Below are positions 1-12,125 of a stretch of 64,000 nt of DNA, in pieces. Position numbers and translations under genes: made by a program. The DNA comes from Squalus acanthias (taxonomy: Eukaryota). The notes beneath the pieces are model-generated. The model had not been told where the DNA came from. It made no database searches and saw nothing but the letters and a program-made list of their open reading frames with translations. Position 1 is the first letter of the stretch. Every line of letters begins with the position of its first letter. The stretch is from assembly GCA_030390025.1 (NCBI GenBank), contig CM059432.1, forward strand, positions 119,228,001 to 119,292,000, in the 5' to 3' direction.

Positions 1-2
1 AT

Positions 3-491
3 TTGGGTAGCTAGGCGGGCACATCGCTCCCTTATTCTGCCCTCATTTAATTTTGCCTCAGTGACCTGGCACTCGAGGTAATCTATTTTCGCCTCATGGT
101 GGTTGGCGACTAACTGGCGTTCTTGATGCAACGCATTTAAAGACGCGATGAGCTGCTGCTCCCCCGCGACCTTCTCGTCCATTTCCACCTCTAAACCCTT
201 GATCTGAGCTGCCTGCGCTACGATGACCTGGTCCGAAAGCTGGACTTGTCTTTTATAGCACATCAGCCAGACCGCTTTCTCTACAGTTTTTTTATGTTCC
301 TTGCTACCTGTCCACCTCACGGCTGCCTCTAGTGGACGCTTATCCACCAGCAGGTCACTTATCCATCTCTTAGTCAAATTCACTTTTCCAAAAACATAAT
401 CGGCTATTCTCTCTTCCATAACATTTCGCCCATTCATACCAGGGTCTAACACATTATTTTCTCGCTGCCAGTGTCCCTTTGTGGTCGCCAT
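3..491 (-). CDS. Gag-like ORF (N-terminal part, coiled-coil) of an LTR retroelement; continues beyond window start
   Basis: Manual translation of the minus strand from ATG at 491 gives 163 codons with no stop (MATTKGHWQRENNVLDPGMNGRNVMEERIADYVFGK...QAAQIKGLEVEMDEKVAGEQQLIASLNALHQERQLV...EAKIDYLECQVTEAKLNEGRIRERCARLATQ). It lies directly downstream of LTR and PBS. It is absent from the ORF track because it has no stop in the window. The true start may be a later Met. Confidence 0.65.
   Translation of the reverse strand, partial: MATTKGHWQRENNVLDPGMNGRNVMEERIADYVFGKVNLTKRWISDLLVDKRPLEAAVRWTGSKEHKKTVEKAVWLMCYKRQVQLSDQVIVAQAAQIKGLEVEMDEKVAGEQQLIASLNALHQERQLVANHHEAKIDYLECQVTEAKLNEGRIRERCARLATQ
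473..490 (-). other. Primer-binding site complementary to tRNA-Arg(TCG) 3' end
   Basis: Minus strand reads TGGCGACCACAAAGGGAC, 5 nt after the LTR end ...TTACA. It matches 17/18 to TGGCGACCACGAAGGGAC, the complement of the vertebrate tRNA-Arg-TCG 3' end as recalled. Confidence 0.75.
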
Positions 492-495
492 TATC

Positions 496-2127
496 TGTAA
501 GGGGTGACGTGTGGCTCTGTGCTTAGCCTGAGTGCTAGTGCGGGGTTAGGCCTTGTTGCCTGTTCTGGTCTCCAGCCAGCCTGGTAACACTAGACACCTG
601 TGAGTGGTTCGACCCACTCGCCCTTACGGTTCTGACACTGGACTTAGGTGCGAGAGCAATAATGCAGAGAAAACTCAGGTAGACCCGGTTGAATAGTGCG
701 AAATGGAAAATCTTTATTGCATATTATTCAAGATTACGAGATACATGTCATAAGCACAGATTAATGACAGTACAATCTTACATACAGTTATGAAACTAAT
801 TTTAGGGAAACGAGGAGTGCACGACACATCGTAAAAGGGGACACACATTATAATTATCCTTAAAACTTGAACCCTCCCCTATCAATACCTGTCCTAATCT
901 AGATTTGTAGGATCGAGACTCATGCTCACCACTCGTGATAACTCGGAGAATTCCGAAACTCTGCTCGGATGTTTTTACCGCAGCACCTGACTATCCACAT
1001 GTTGATCAGGGGTCTCTGTACCCCACTTGTTTACTTGCTTCTGCTCCGGCTAGCAGGCTGGACCATCTGCTGTCATGAAGATCTGTGTTGTCCTCGGAGT
1101 TCTGATACTACTCAAAAAAGAGTCTTCCTGTGCCCTACACCGGTTCGATAGAACTCGAAGAAGGGTCTTCCTGGGCCAATTGTGAAGAAGTCGGTAGAAT
1201 TCAAAGAAGTGTTTAATCGACTTACAGGCGCGGTCGGGGCTTACTGACCGTGGCGATACGTATTGTCATCTTCTTCTCTTCTCATCTCATCTCATCTCAT
1301 CTCCTCTCGGGCCTTCGGTTCCAACACCGTTTACCGACTCCTCGGGATGGTGCGCCCGCTTCCAGGCCTTCACAGCCCAGTTCTCCACAGATCTTCGCGG
1401 CAAGCCACGAGGTTGATCCTAGCGGATTAGAGTCCAGAGTCGTCAGGCAAGAGAGTAAGAGTTCAGCAGCCTTCCAACGAGTCAAAACAGCAAGAGAAAT
1501 ATGGACGGTTGTACTTTACAGTTATAGTGCTGTAATTCCTCTTTTCCCGCCCAATCTTAATGTCTATCTTTTGTCAGGTTTTTGGCGCTCAAACTTCTTG
1601 TATGGGGTGATCTCAGTCTTTAATGGGTTTCGGTGACACTTGTAACTGCCTGAGTACCCGTTAATATTTCTCCCATTGTGGAACCGGCTAGTAGTCTCCC
1701 TGGAGGGGTTTTGGGCTTCCAAATGCTTGCTGTAAGTACCCGCGAACGGCTCTCTCATCGTAGAGCCGTGGGGATTTTGCATATTAATGTCTTTGGATGG
1801 GTCCTTGATCGCTCAGTACAATAGCCCTTGTTTGCACCTGGGGGACCGATTCCAGTATTTATGTTTAAAATGCAAACCCATCATGTCTTGTCATTATCTC
1901 AAATGTGCTGAGTCCTGTTCGATCTTGTTGAAATGTTTATTGAAATGCCATCTTGTCTGCCTACTGAAAGTCTAGAACTTTCTGCCACGAGGCGTGGCGG
2001 CCATTTTACAGGCTGTTTGTGTTCGTTTTGAAACCTGACAGCATTCTGCTGAAATAAAGCTGTTTATACGAAACTTTATGTCTCCTTCTTATTTTTATAA
2101 AATCGCGATAATTTTGCGAATTCTACA
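496..2127 (-). mobile_element. 5' LTR (~1.63 kb) of an LTR retrotransposon/ERV
   Basis: Minus-strand termini TGTA(2127)...TACA(496); AATAAA on the minus strand at ~713-718; PBS immediately downstream. The outer boundary at 2127 is inferred from the terminal motif and cannot be checked against a second LTR or TSD. Confidence 0.6.
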
Positions 2128-3101
2128 AAAGTTTGGATATTTGAGGTGAGTCAGCTTGTTTAATCATCTTGGTTGTACTGGAAAGTGATAGCTGTTAGTA
2201 AACTGACAGCACCCTTTGATCTTCTGATAAGAGTAATAAGAAACGATCTGAGGATCTATTGCTATCTCTATGACAACAACCTGAAAAAATCTTGAGGACA
2301 CCTCTAAAATAATTTTTAAATGCTTTATCAACAACTGGAGTTGAATCTGAAATTCTGTCTTCCCTGATAAGAATTTTTTTTTACAGTTAATGATGAGGTT
2401 ATTAATGATTTCTGCTGATTAATGGTTTTCAATTCATAAGGATGAAAATAAAAAGGTCTTTGTGAAAGTTTAAATGGTACAAAGACTTGGAAAAAAAAGT
2501 AAAATGAGTTTGGTTCTTTTTCTTTTAACAAAGTTTTTTTTAAATGACGTGAAGCGACACAAGTCCGTGCGTCTGACGATATCTCGCTCCATCTTCTTAT
2601 AAACATGCAAAGAAGATAGCCCTTTCAGCTGACAGCTGTTTTTAAGTCACCAAACAAAATAGATGAAGTAGTAGCGCAGATAGAAATTAATAGGTTTGAT
2701 CTAATAGCCATTACGGAGATGTGGTTGCAAAGTGGCCAACGTTGGGAACTAAATATTCCAGGATACTTAACTTTTAGAAGAGATAGACAAAATGGAAAAG
2801 GAGGAGGGATAGCCCTGATAATAAAGGATGGGATAAAGACAGTATATAGAAAGGATCTTAGCTCCAAAAATCAAGAAGTAGAATCAGTTTGGGTAGAGCT
2901 AAGAAACAGTAAGGGGCAGAAAACTTTGGTGGGAGTTGTTTATAGGCCCCCAAACAATAGTTGTAATGTAGGGCAGAGTTTAAATCAGGAAATTAGAGGC
3001 GCATATAACAAGGGTAATACAATAATCATGGGGGGCTTTAATCTACTTATAGACTGGGCAAACCAAATTTGCAGTAATAATGTGGAGGATGAATTCATAT
3101 A

Positions 3102-3864
3102 GGCCTAGAAATTCGATTCGGAGGCTTGCCGCGGGGGTAAGGATCGCGCGTGATATCACCTACCGCGTCGCCGTTCTTGTTTGCCCCCGCAGGAACTTCG
3201 AGTCCTGGGCCTCTCCCTAGTGCCGGCGCGCAGTGCTTGCGTGTTCCAGGGGCGCAGTTAGTGCGATGCGACCCCTGGGATCACATGGGCCATGGAGAGC
3301 CAATGGCAGCAGACCATCTTTCATTCATAGATTTGACAGGAGACCTGTCAAATCTGTGAATTGAAATCGGCCCCAAAAGAACAGCTAAACCTCAAATAAT
3401 TTTTTTTAAAAACCATCACATTAATAAAATAACTATAGTTAAATAAATTAACCACTTTAAACAAAAATTAAAATTTTTGAAAAAATTAAAATACTTTTTA
3501 AAAGTTATAAAAATAAACTTACCTTTCTTTAAAGTCTCTAAAAAAGATAAACCTGTTGAAAAAAATTTAAAATTATACTTAATTAACTACTTACCTTGTT
3601 CAAAAGGGGTCTTACGCTTCCTTTTTACTAGCGTAGTTTCTTCAATACTTACCCTCGCGTTGAAACCTGAAAAAAAACCTAAGTGTGCTACGTGCACGCA
3701 GCCTCTAGTGCACACGCGGTTCGCCTAGGAACCGCCCCCTTCGCCATACCGGAAGTGCCGGTTTCCCGCGCATGCACAGTGCATGCAGGAAACCGGCACT
3801 TCGGGAATTAATACAGGTGAGTACGCACTGAGTACTCACCCGAGAACGGCCAAATTTTTGGGCC
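3102..3864 (+). mobile_element. Non-autonomous Harbinger (MITE), partner of the autonomous element at 23729-28230
   Basis: TIRs GGCCTAGAAATT / AATTTTTGGGCC; 3-bp TSD ATA. The first ~95 bp and last ~115 bp match the ends of 23729-28230. Inserted in CR1. Confidence 0.9.
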
Positions 3865-4228
3865 ATAATATATGCAAGATAGTTTTCTAGATGTTGAGGA
3901 ACTATGTTGAGGAACTAACTAGGGAACAAGTTATTTAAGATCTAGTATTGTGCAACAAGAAAGGGTTAATTACTAACCTTGTAGTAAAGGGGCCTTTAGG
4001 GAAGAGTGAGCATAATAATAAGATAGAATTTTATCTTGAGTTTGAAAGTGATTTAGTTAAATCCAAAACTAGGGTCTTAAATCTAAACAAAGCAAACTAC
4101 GTAGGTATGGGGGTGAGTTGGCTAAGGTAGATTGGGAAACTTCATTAAAAGGTATGACAGTAGACAAGCAATGGCTAGCATTTAAAGAATTAATACATAA
4201 TTTACAACAAATATACATTCCTTTAAGG

Positions 4229-5663
4229 ATACCCACTGTCAACCCGCCTCCACGCGAGTCTCCCAGGTGTCAGGTATGTCAGCGGAGAACTGACCTGACA
4301 CCAAGCGGCGGGTGATACAATTCAGCTACTTAAATGGCTTGTTAAGAGCCAATTTAAGACTATTTTGAGGCTAACTTTTAATTTTACCTTCTCCCCCACT
4401 CTGCTCTGATGTTTATGAAAAGCTGACAGCTGCAGAAGTGGTGTCAAGGATGCCATGTTGCAGATGGTGAGTTTCAGAGTGCAGAAAATGTTGGTTACTG
4501 CATTTTTAATACATATAGAGATTTCTTTAGCTTACAAGTTTTTAGATCCAACTGTATGTCCAGTGCCACCTCATTGGGTGAACCTCTCTCACCATTGACA
4601 GATCACTTCTGTCATCTCACCTGCAGCTGCCATCTATTACAGCAACATCGGAGCCGATGAAACAATCAGACCTTGGTCCTCCGAATCCTTCCACGATCAG
4701 CCCCAACACCAACATCAGCAGGCACACCAACATCATCACCAACCTTCTCCGCAAATACCTGATGCTGCACTGGACAAAGGGCAACAACCCTTGATAAAAT
4801 TGCTGGCTGGGAGGCCAGCGATGGCATCACAATGGCCAGATTATCTTCACGTGATGCTGTAAACCCTGGCTGCCACATGATGCGCCAGGTTGACACCATC
4901 CCACTCCAGCACCGTGAAGCATCCCTTTAATGTCCAAGCCATTCGATGGACACTCATCACTATAGCGGGGCGGGGGGGGGGTGAAGTTATGACTGAGCAA
5001 TCACTGGAACTCAGTAAGACACTTCTCAAGGTGCGTTCAGATCTGTCCAATAAGGGTCACTTTTGGAAAAAGAGATTTCACTGTATGACAACACATTACC
5101 AGAAACTTCATATGGACATTGGCTAAACCTTTAAGTGCCTACCCTTGTATGTTGTTAGTTGGTATGCTTGCAGTAGGATGAGGGTGAGCGTGAAGGGTGG
5201 CTAGTGAGATGGGGAAGTGATAAAATAGATAGAGTGTTGGGTGGAGGTGCAAGGCAAGCTAGTGTCCTGGGGAGGTCTCTTCCACCTTTGGAAGGGAAGA
5301 GAACCTCCCTGCGTGCTGTGACTCCCTCCATAAGCATATGGAGGGAGTCACTGGAGAGCCTGGGTGCAAGCGTTCACCTTTGTGCAGTGCTTGTCAGTGT
5401 TTGCAGCACCTCACTGCTGTCAAACACTGACAGAACAATTGTCAAAGTCCATGTGGATGTGGTCCCTTTACGGAAACTGGCTGATGACGCATCATCAAAT
5501 TACGTCATCAGACCTGCTTCCTGTTAATTGGCCGGTAAGCCCGCCCAAGGCCAATCAAGGGAAAATCACGTCTGCAGAGCGGATGCAGCTGGGAGTGGGA
5601 CTGGAACCAGGAAACCAGCTGTCCCGCCCCCATCCCACCTCCTCCATTAAATTCACTGTGGCC
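4229..5663. mobile_element. Non-autonomous Harbinger-like element, left end deleted, inside CR1
   Basis: 5340-5663 is the reverse complement of 19636-19965, and 4230-4275 matches the rc of ~20385-20440. Ends in ...GGCC like the other elements. Confidence 0.7.
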
Positions 5664-7767
5664 ACTGTGTCTGTCTTCAAGGAAGAAGACGTAAAAAACT
5701 TCCCGGGAATAGTGGAAAGCCAAGGCTCTAGCAAGAATGAGGAACTGAAAGAAATTAGTATTAGTAGAAAAATAATACAGGAGAAATTAATGGGACTGAA
5801 AGCCAATAAATCCTCTGGACCTGATGGCTTACATTCTAGGGTTTCGAAAGAGGTGGCTATAGAGATAGTGGATGCATTGGTTGTCATTTTCCAAAATTCT
5901 GTAGATTCTAGAATGGTTCCCACGGATTGGAAGGTGGCAAATGTAACCCCACTATTTAAGGAAGGAGGGAGAGAGAAAATGGGGAACTACAGAGCAGTTA
6001 GCCTGACATCAGTAGTAGGGAAAATGCTTGAATCTATTATTAAGGATGTGGTAACAGGGCACTTAGAAAATAATAATAGGATTGGGCAGAGTCAACACGG
6101 ATTTATGAAAGGGAAATCGTGTTTGACAAAAGAGTTTTTTGATTTTGTAACCAGCAAAATAGATAAGAGGCAAACCAGTGGATGTGGTTTATTTGGATTT
6201 TCAGAAGGCATTCGATAAGGTGCCACACAAGAGGCTTTTAACCAAAATTAGGGCTCATGGGATTGGGGGTAATATACTAGCATGGATTGAGGATTGGTTA
6301 ACAGACAGAAAACAGAGAGTAGGAATAAACGGGTCATTTTCGGGTTGGCAGGCGGCGGGGGGGGGACTGGTGGGGTACTGCAAGGGTCAGTTCTTGGGCC
6401 TCAGCTATTCACAATCTACATCAATGATTTGGATGAGGGGACCAAATATAACATATTCAAGTTTGCTGATGATACAAAGCTGGGTGGGAATGTAAGTTAT
6501 GAGGAGGATGCAAGAAGGCTTCAAGGGGATATAGTCAGGCTAAGTGAGTGGCCAAGAACATGACAAATGGAATATAATGTGGAGAAATGTGAAGTTAGCC
6601 ACTTTGGTAGGAAACATAGAAAAGCAGAGTATTTTTTAAATGGTGAGAGATTGGGAAATGTTGGTGTTCAGAGGGTGTCCTTGTACACGAATCACTGAAA
6701 GGTAACATGCAGGTACAGCAAGCAATTAGGAAAGCAAATGGTATGTTGGCCGTTATTACAAGAGAATTTGAGTATAAGAGTAAAGACGTCTTACTGCAAT
6801 TATATAGGGCCCTGGTGAGACCACACCTGGAGTACTGTGTACCGTTTTGGTCTCCTTACCTAAGGAAGGATATACTTGCCATAGAGGGAGTATAACAAAG
6901 GTTCACCAGACTGATTCCTGGGATGGGGGGAATTGTCCTATGAGGAGACAGTGAGTAGATTAGGCCTATATTCTCTAGAGTTTAGAAGAATGAGAGGTGA
7001 TCTCATTGAAACATACAAGATTCTTACAGGACTTGACAGGGTAGATGCAGGGAGGATGTTTCCCCTGTCTGGAGAGTCTAGAACCAGGGGTCACAGTCTC
7101 AGAATAAGGGGTCGGCCATTTAGGACTGAGATGAGGAGAAATTTCTTCACTCAGAGGGTGGTGAATCTTTGGAATTCTCTACCCCAGAGGGCTGTGGAGG
7201 CTCAGTCGTTGAGTATATTCAAGACAGAGATCGATAGATTTTTGAATATTAAGGGAATCAAGGGATATGGCGATAGGGCCAGTGAATGGAGTTGAGGTAG
7301 AAAATCACCCATGATCTTATTGAATGGCGGAGCAGGCTCGAAGGGCCAAATGGCCTACTCCGGCTCCTATTTCTTATGTTAATATGTAAGCAACTACTTT
7401 TGTATTGCTGAATGTAAACACATATTGGGCATTATTAAATTTTAAATTTTACCTTTCTTAATTTGAGTGGATATTTCCACACAGTGACAGAAGGAAATCA
7501 TGAATTGACAAATTAACCCCTTGTGCTCTCAAGCAAAGCCACGGTGGATTTTCTGTCTTTTGTTTCTTATAAACAGGGGACCATGATTTTCTGGACTGCA
7601 TGAATGTTGATGCCACAGGATTACTGAGAGTAGTTCTTTGATGTAAAAATGACTCCACAGAGTTGCCAAGCTGGAAACGTGTTTGTACAGGAAGAGATCC
7701 AGTGGTGTTAAGAATTTAAGACATTAACTGCAGACATTGACAGATATGAAATGTCACACCGTGGTGA

Positions 7768-8400
7768 CATAAGAACATATGAAATAGGAGCAGGAGTAGG
7801 CCATTCAGCCCCTCGAGCCTGCTCCGCAATTCAATAAGATCATGGCTGATCTGATCTTGGCCTCAACTCCACCTTCCTGCCCGCTCCCCATAACCCTGGA
7901 CTCCCCTGTAGTTCAAATGTCCGTCTATCTCCGCCTTGAATATATTCACTGACTCAGCCTCCACAGCTCTCTGGGGTAGAGAATTCCAAAGATTCACGAC
8001 CCTCTGAGAGAAGAAATTCCTCCTCATCTCCGTCTTAAATGGGTGAACCCCTTATTCTGAAACTGTGCCCCCTAGTTCTAGATTCCCCCACAAGGGGAAA
8101 CATCCTCTCAGCATCTACCCAGTCAAGCCCCCTCAGAATCTTATATGTTTCAATAAGATCACCTCTCATTCTTCTAAACTCCAATGAATTTAGACCCAAC
8201 CTGCTCAACCTTTCCTCATAAGACTACTCCTTCATCTCAGGAATCAACCGAGTGAACCTTCTCTGAACTGCCTCCAACGCAAGTATATCAGTTCTTAAAT
8301 AAGGAGACCAAAACTGTAAGCAGTACTCCTGGTGTGGTCTCACCAATGCCCTGTACAGTCGTAGCAAGACTTCCCTACTTTTATACTCCATCCCCCTAAC
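7768..8400 (-). mobile_element. CR1 LINE 3' fragment
   Basis: RGMEYKSREVLLRLYRALVRPHQEYC...RFTRLIP and CR1 tail with (ACATAAGA)n on the plus strand. Confidence 0.92.
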
Positions 8401-8519
8401 AATTGGACTGGGACATTCAGAGTTATTTGTTATCTTCCGAGACAGAGTGCTCGGAGTTGGTGGGGGTGAATTTTGGGAGTTAACTCCAAATGTAACTGTC
8501 AGCACTTCTGTCTCTACTG

Positions 8520-10790
8520 TAAAGCCTAGGCATCATTTGTTTCTGAAATTAGAATTGATAAGATAAATTGATATGAGATGCTGTTTCAAGCACTCGAGAA
8601 GAGAAAATTTACCTGAAGTTTAAGGGGATATCCAAATTTTTATTAAAAAAAAAAGAGTGACGTCTAGGTGGTTTCTGCCCAATGCTGTATGTCAAGGAAA
8701 AAAGATTTTTGGGGAAATAAAATTAAACATTAACAAGTCCTGTCAGTCCAACAATACTGCTCTTCGGATTTGGGATAATTTTGAAATGATAAAATGGACT
8801 CAGGCACAATATAACGGGTTATTTTGTGAAATAAATGGACCAAAAAGAGGTTTGATTAAGTAAAATAAACACACAGAATTTGTTGATAACTTGGACCAAA
8901 TTGGGAACTTTAATCTATGTTTTAAGGGTTAACGATAATATGGCATTGGACAGTAAAGTTGATTCAGGGCTCATGAATGAGATGAAATGGTAATTATTGG
9001 GATATGTAAAATTGAATGAGAGGAAGTGATTGAGGAGATAAGATCGAAACAGGAAAATTACACCAAAAAATTGGAATTTTTCTAAAATAATTTTCTTAGG
9101 TGATAATGGATGAATTGGAATCGATTCAAAGGTGTTAGGGAAAGATGTGTGAGTGCACCCATGAGTAACATGACTCACCTTGGCACAACCAAAAGGTATC
9201 AATCTGGCATCAATGTACATTCTAGTGAAAGTCAGGAAAGTGTCGGTGGGAATAGTTAATTGATAGCTTTCTTTTGGAGTTGTCTGTGTCTTTGCCTATA
9301 AGAAAACTGCATTTGATAGCCTGGCCTTTGACCTGAGACTTTGGGATCATGCAGGGCGAGATAAGCAAAGACTTCCAGACACACCTCAATCTTTAAATAT
9401 GATAATCTGAAAGCGCAGGATTGGCTTGTATCTTATGTCATGCGTGGCATGATCTTAGAATACCGGTGAGTGTGTACAAATGATACGTTGTGCAGAAGGC
9501 ATGGTGAAGTGGACTGAGGAACGGGTCTCAGACATGCTCAGTTACTTGACAACAGCACGACATGAAATGGTTAATGTGACTCAGGAGAGTGGGAAACCTG
9601 TTTAATCAAGGCATTGACACACGCTGCATAGAGAAACTGATTAATTAATGAAACAATTAGGGTAGAGTTAAACAAACTAGTACCCATCAGAGGGGTTGCA
9701 ATTAAAGTACAGAGGGACATAGAATTTGGATTTCCAAAATTCAGGGTTGGGTTTCTTTGAGTTAACAATGAAATTGGGACAATTGAGGGCCAGGGAGAAA
9801 TAATACTTAGCAAGAATTATCCACAGATGGATAAGGGTAAAAGGAGAGCTGGGGAATCTTTTAAGTCCATGATTTTTTGATAATATGGAACACTGTAGCT
9901 TTCTGTACAATGTATTATGTTTTTTTGTCTTTATCATGATGTGTAATATTGGCCAAATTAAACATAGATTAATGGCTCGAGAAAGGTATGTGATGCTAAC
10001 AAGATGAGAACCTTTGCTAAGGACATGCAGGGTAACCAGGGGCTTTTGGAGATTGAGACTGAGGCGTGGTAAAGGAAACTATTTTCTTGAATTACTTCTG
10101 TAGTTTAAAAACCCTAATATTGAAAGACTGACATGCATATGAAATAATGATATGAAAGGGCAACACGGTGGCATAGAGGTTAGCACTGTTGCCTCACAGC
10201 GCCAGAGACCCGGGTTCGAATCCGGCCCCGGGTGACTGTCTGTGTGGAGTTTGCACATTCTCCCCGTGTCTGCGTGGGTTTCCTCTGGGTGCTCCGGTTT
10301 CCTCCCACAGTCCAAAGATGTGCGGGTTAGGTTGATTTGGCTATGATAAATTGACCCTTAGTGTTAGGGGGGATTAAATACATGGGGTTACGGGGATAAG
10401 GTGGGATATGTGTCGGTGCAGGCTCAATGGGCCAAAATGGCCTCTCTCTGTACTGTGGGGATTCTGTGATTCTGTGAAAAGGAATAAGATGTTTATAATG
10501 GGTGGGTTAGTGATAGAGCATAGCACCCACCTAAGGGGGAATGTGAGAAAGGAATTCAGTATCTTTATCTAGCATCCTTTGGGAAAATAGACTAATTAAG
10601 GGCAGCAAAGTCTCATGGGTTTGAATCTGCCAGCACAGCTTCTGAAAAACTGCAAACTTGCATCTCGTGACAATACGGCCTTGTCGTTGAATATTTTAAT
10701 TGTCTGCTGAGAGAGATTATACCTTCAGAACCAATACATGGTATGTCTAAGATAAGATAAGAATTGGTACAAACATCTCTCTAGCACAGA
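8520..10790 (+). mobile_element. Possible decayed 3' end of an LTR element (env-like remnant, PPT, start of 3' LTR)
   Basis: Purine tract AAGGGGGAA followed by TGTGAG at 10542; upstream hydrophobic segment FLYNVLCFFVFIMMC followed by a basic tail at ~9900-10005; purine-biased, stop-riddled sequence. No diagnostic motif seen. Confidence 0.3.
10158..10477 (+). mobile_element. tRNA-derived V-SINE (HE1-like)
   Basis: A box (GGTGGCATAGAGG), B box (GGTTCGAATCC), V-domain TGTGTGGAGTTTGCACATTCTCCCCGTGTCTGCGTGGGTTTCCTC..GGTGCTCCGGTTTCCTCCCAC, CR1-like tail with GATTCTGT repeats. Confidence 0.9.
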
Positions 10791-10794
10791 ATCT

Positions 10795-11295
10795 TACAAC
10801 CACCTAGAAGGACAAGGTCCTTGATGCATGAGAACAGCTTCCCCTCCAAGTCACAGACCATCCAGACTTGGACATATATCACGGTTCCTTCATCGTGGGT
10901 CAAAATCCTGGAACTCCCTCCTTAACTTCACTCAGAAGGTGGTGAATCTTTGGAATTCTCTATCCCAGAGGGCTGTTGAGGCTGAGTCGTTGAGTATGTT
11001 CAAGACAGAGATCAACGGATTTTTGAATATTAAGGGAATCAAGGGATATGGGGATAGTGCAGATGAGGTAGAATATCTTATTGAATGGCAGAGCAGGCTC
11101 TAAGGGCCGAATGGCCTACTCCTGCTCCTATTTATTATGTTATATTCTTGTGTTAACAGCACTATGGGATTACCTTCACCTCATGGACTGCAGCGGTTCA
11201 AGAAGACAGCTCACCACCACCTTTTCAAGGGCAACTAGGGATGGACAATAAATGTTGGCCTTGCCAGCAATGCCCACAGCCTGAAAATAAATAAT
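10795..11295 (+). mobile_element. LINE 3' end (CR1-group family) interrupted by a CR1 3' fragment at ~10927-11151
   Basis: GGGTCAAAATCCTGGAACTCCCTCC|TTAAC...TTAAC|AGCACT...GGACTGCAGCGGTTCAAGAAG..GCTCACCACCACCTT then AATAAA. The inner piece encodes NFTQKVVNLWNSL and is flanked by TTAAC. Confidence 0.7.
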
Positions 11296-11361
11296 TAAAA
11301 GGAGGATGAAACCCAAGAAAATCAAATTGCTGACCTTTAGTATTTAGGGTATATGTGTATT

Positions 11362-12125
11362 GGCCCAGAAATTCGGCCGAATACGGGAGAGTACGCACTG
11401 TGTACTCACCCGTATTCGGTCCCGAAGTGCCGGTTTCCTGCATGCACTGCGCATGCGCGGGAAACCGGCACTTCCGATATTGCGAAGGGGGCGGTTCCTA
11501 AGTGAACCACGTGCGCACTACAGGCTGTGCGCACGCAGCACACTTAGGTTTTTTTTCAGTTTCAACGCGAAGTTAAGTATGGAAGATTTTGCACATGAAA
11601 AAAGGAGGCGTAAGACCCCCTTTTAACAAGGTAAGTAGTTAATTAAGTATTATTTTAATTTTTTTTCAACAGGTTTATCTTTTTTAGAGACTTTAAAGAA
11701 AGGTAAGTTTATTTTTATAACTTTTAAAAAGAATTTAAATTTTTTCAAAAATTAAAATTTTTGTTTAAAGTGGTTAATTTATTTAACTATAGTTATTTTA
11801 TTAATGTGATGGGTTTTTTTTTTAATTTAATTGAGGTTTAGCTGTTCTTTTGGGGGCAAGTTGTATTCATAGCTTTGACAGTTCTCCTGTCAAAACTATG
11901 AATGAAAGATGGTGTGCTGCCATTGGCTCTAACTGGCCCACGTGATCCCAGAGGTCGCATCGAACTAACTGCGCCTCTGGGACACGCACACACTGCGCGC
12001 CGGCACCAGGGAGAGGCCCAGGAGCAGAAGTTCGTGAGGGCCCGAATCATAAAGGCAAGCGCGGTAGGTAAGATCGCGCCGGATCCTTACCCCCGCGGCA
12101 ACCATCGAAGTCTAATTTCTGGGCC
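11362..12125 (-). mobile_element. Second copy of the non-autonomous Harbinger MITE (reverse orientation to 3102-3864)
   Basis: TIRs GGCCCAGAAATT / AATTTCTGGGCC; TSD ATT; collinear with the rc of 3102-3864 across its length (764 vs 763 bp). Confidence 0.9.

Larger units (their letters stand above)
2652..7380 (+). mobile_element. CR1 LINE, ORF2 (APE endonuclease + RT) pseudogene, interrupted by two DNA-transposon insertions
   Basis: APE motifs (LIAITEMWL, RRDR..GKGGG, VGVVYRPPN); RT motifs (GPDGLH, DWKVANVTPLFK, YLDFQKAFDKVPH, QGSVLGPQLFTIYINDLD, KFADDTK, LVRPHLEYC, RRNFFTQRVV); 3' tail GGCCTACTCC..CTCCTATTTCTTATGTT. Multiple frameshifts and stops. Confidence 0.95.

Noticed and set aside
5364..6218. 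284-aa novel fusion protein
   Set aside because: Chance read-through from non-coding MITE sequence into a CR1 RT fragment.
10158..10230. tRNA genes (also 21380-21440)
   Set aside because: A/B boxes belong to SINE heads followed by V- or Deu-domains; no cloverleaf.
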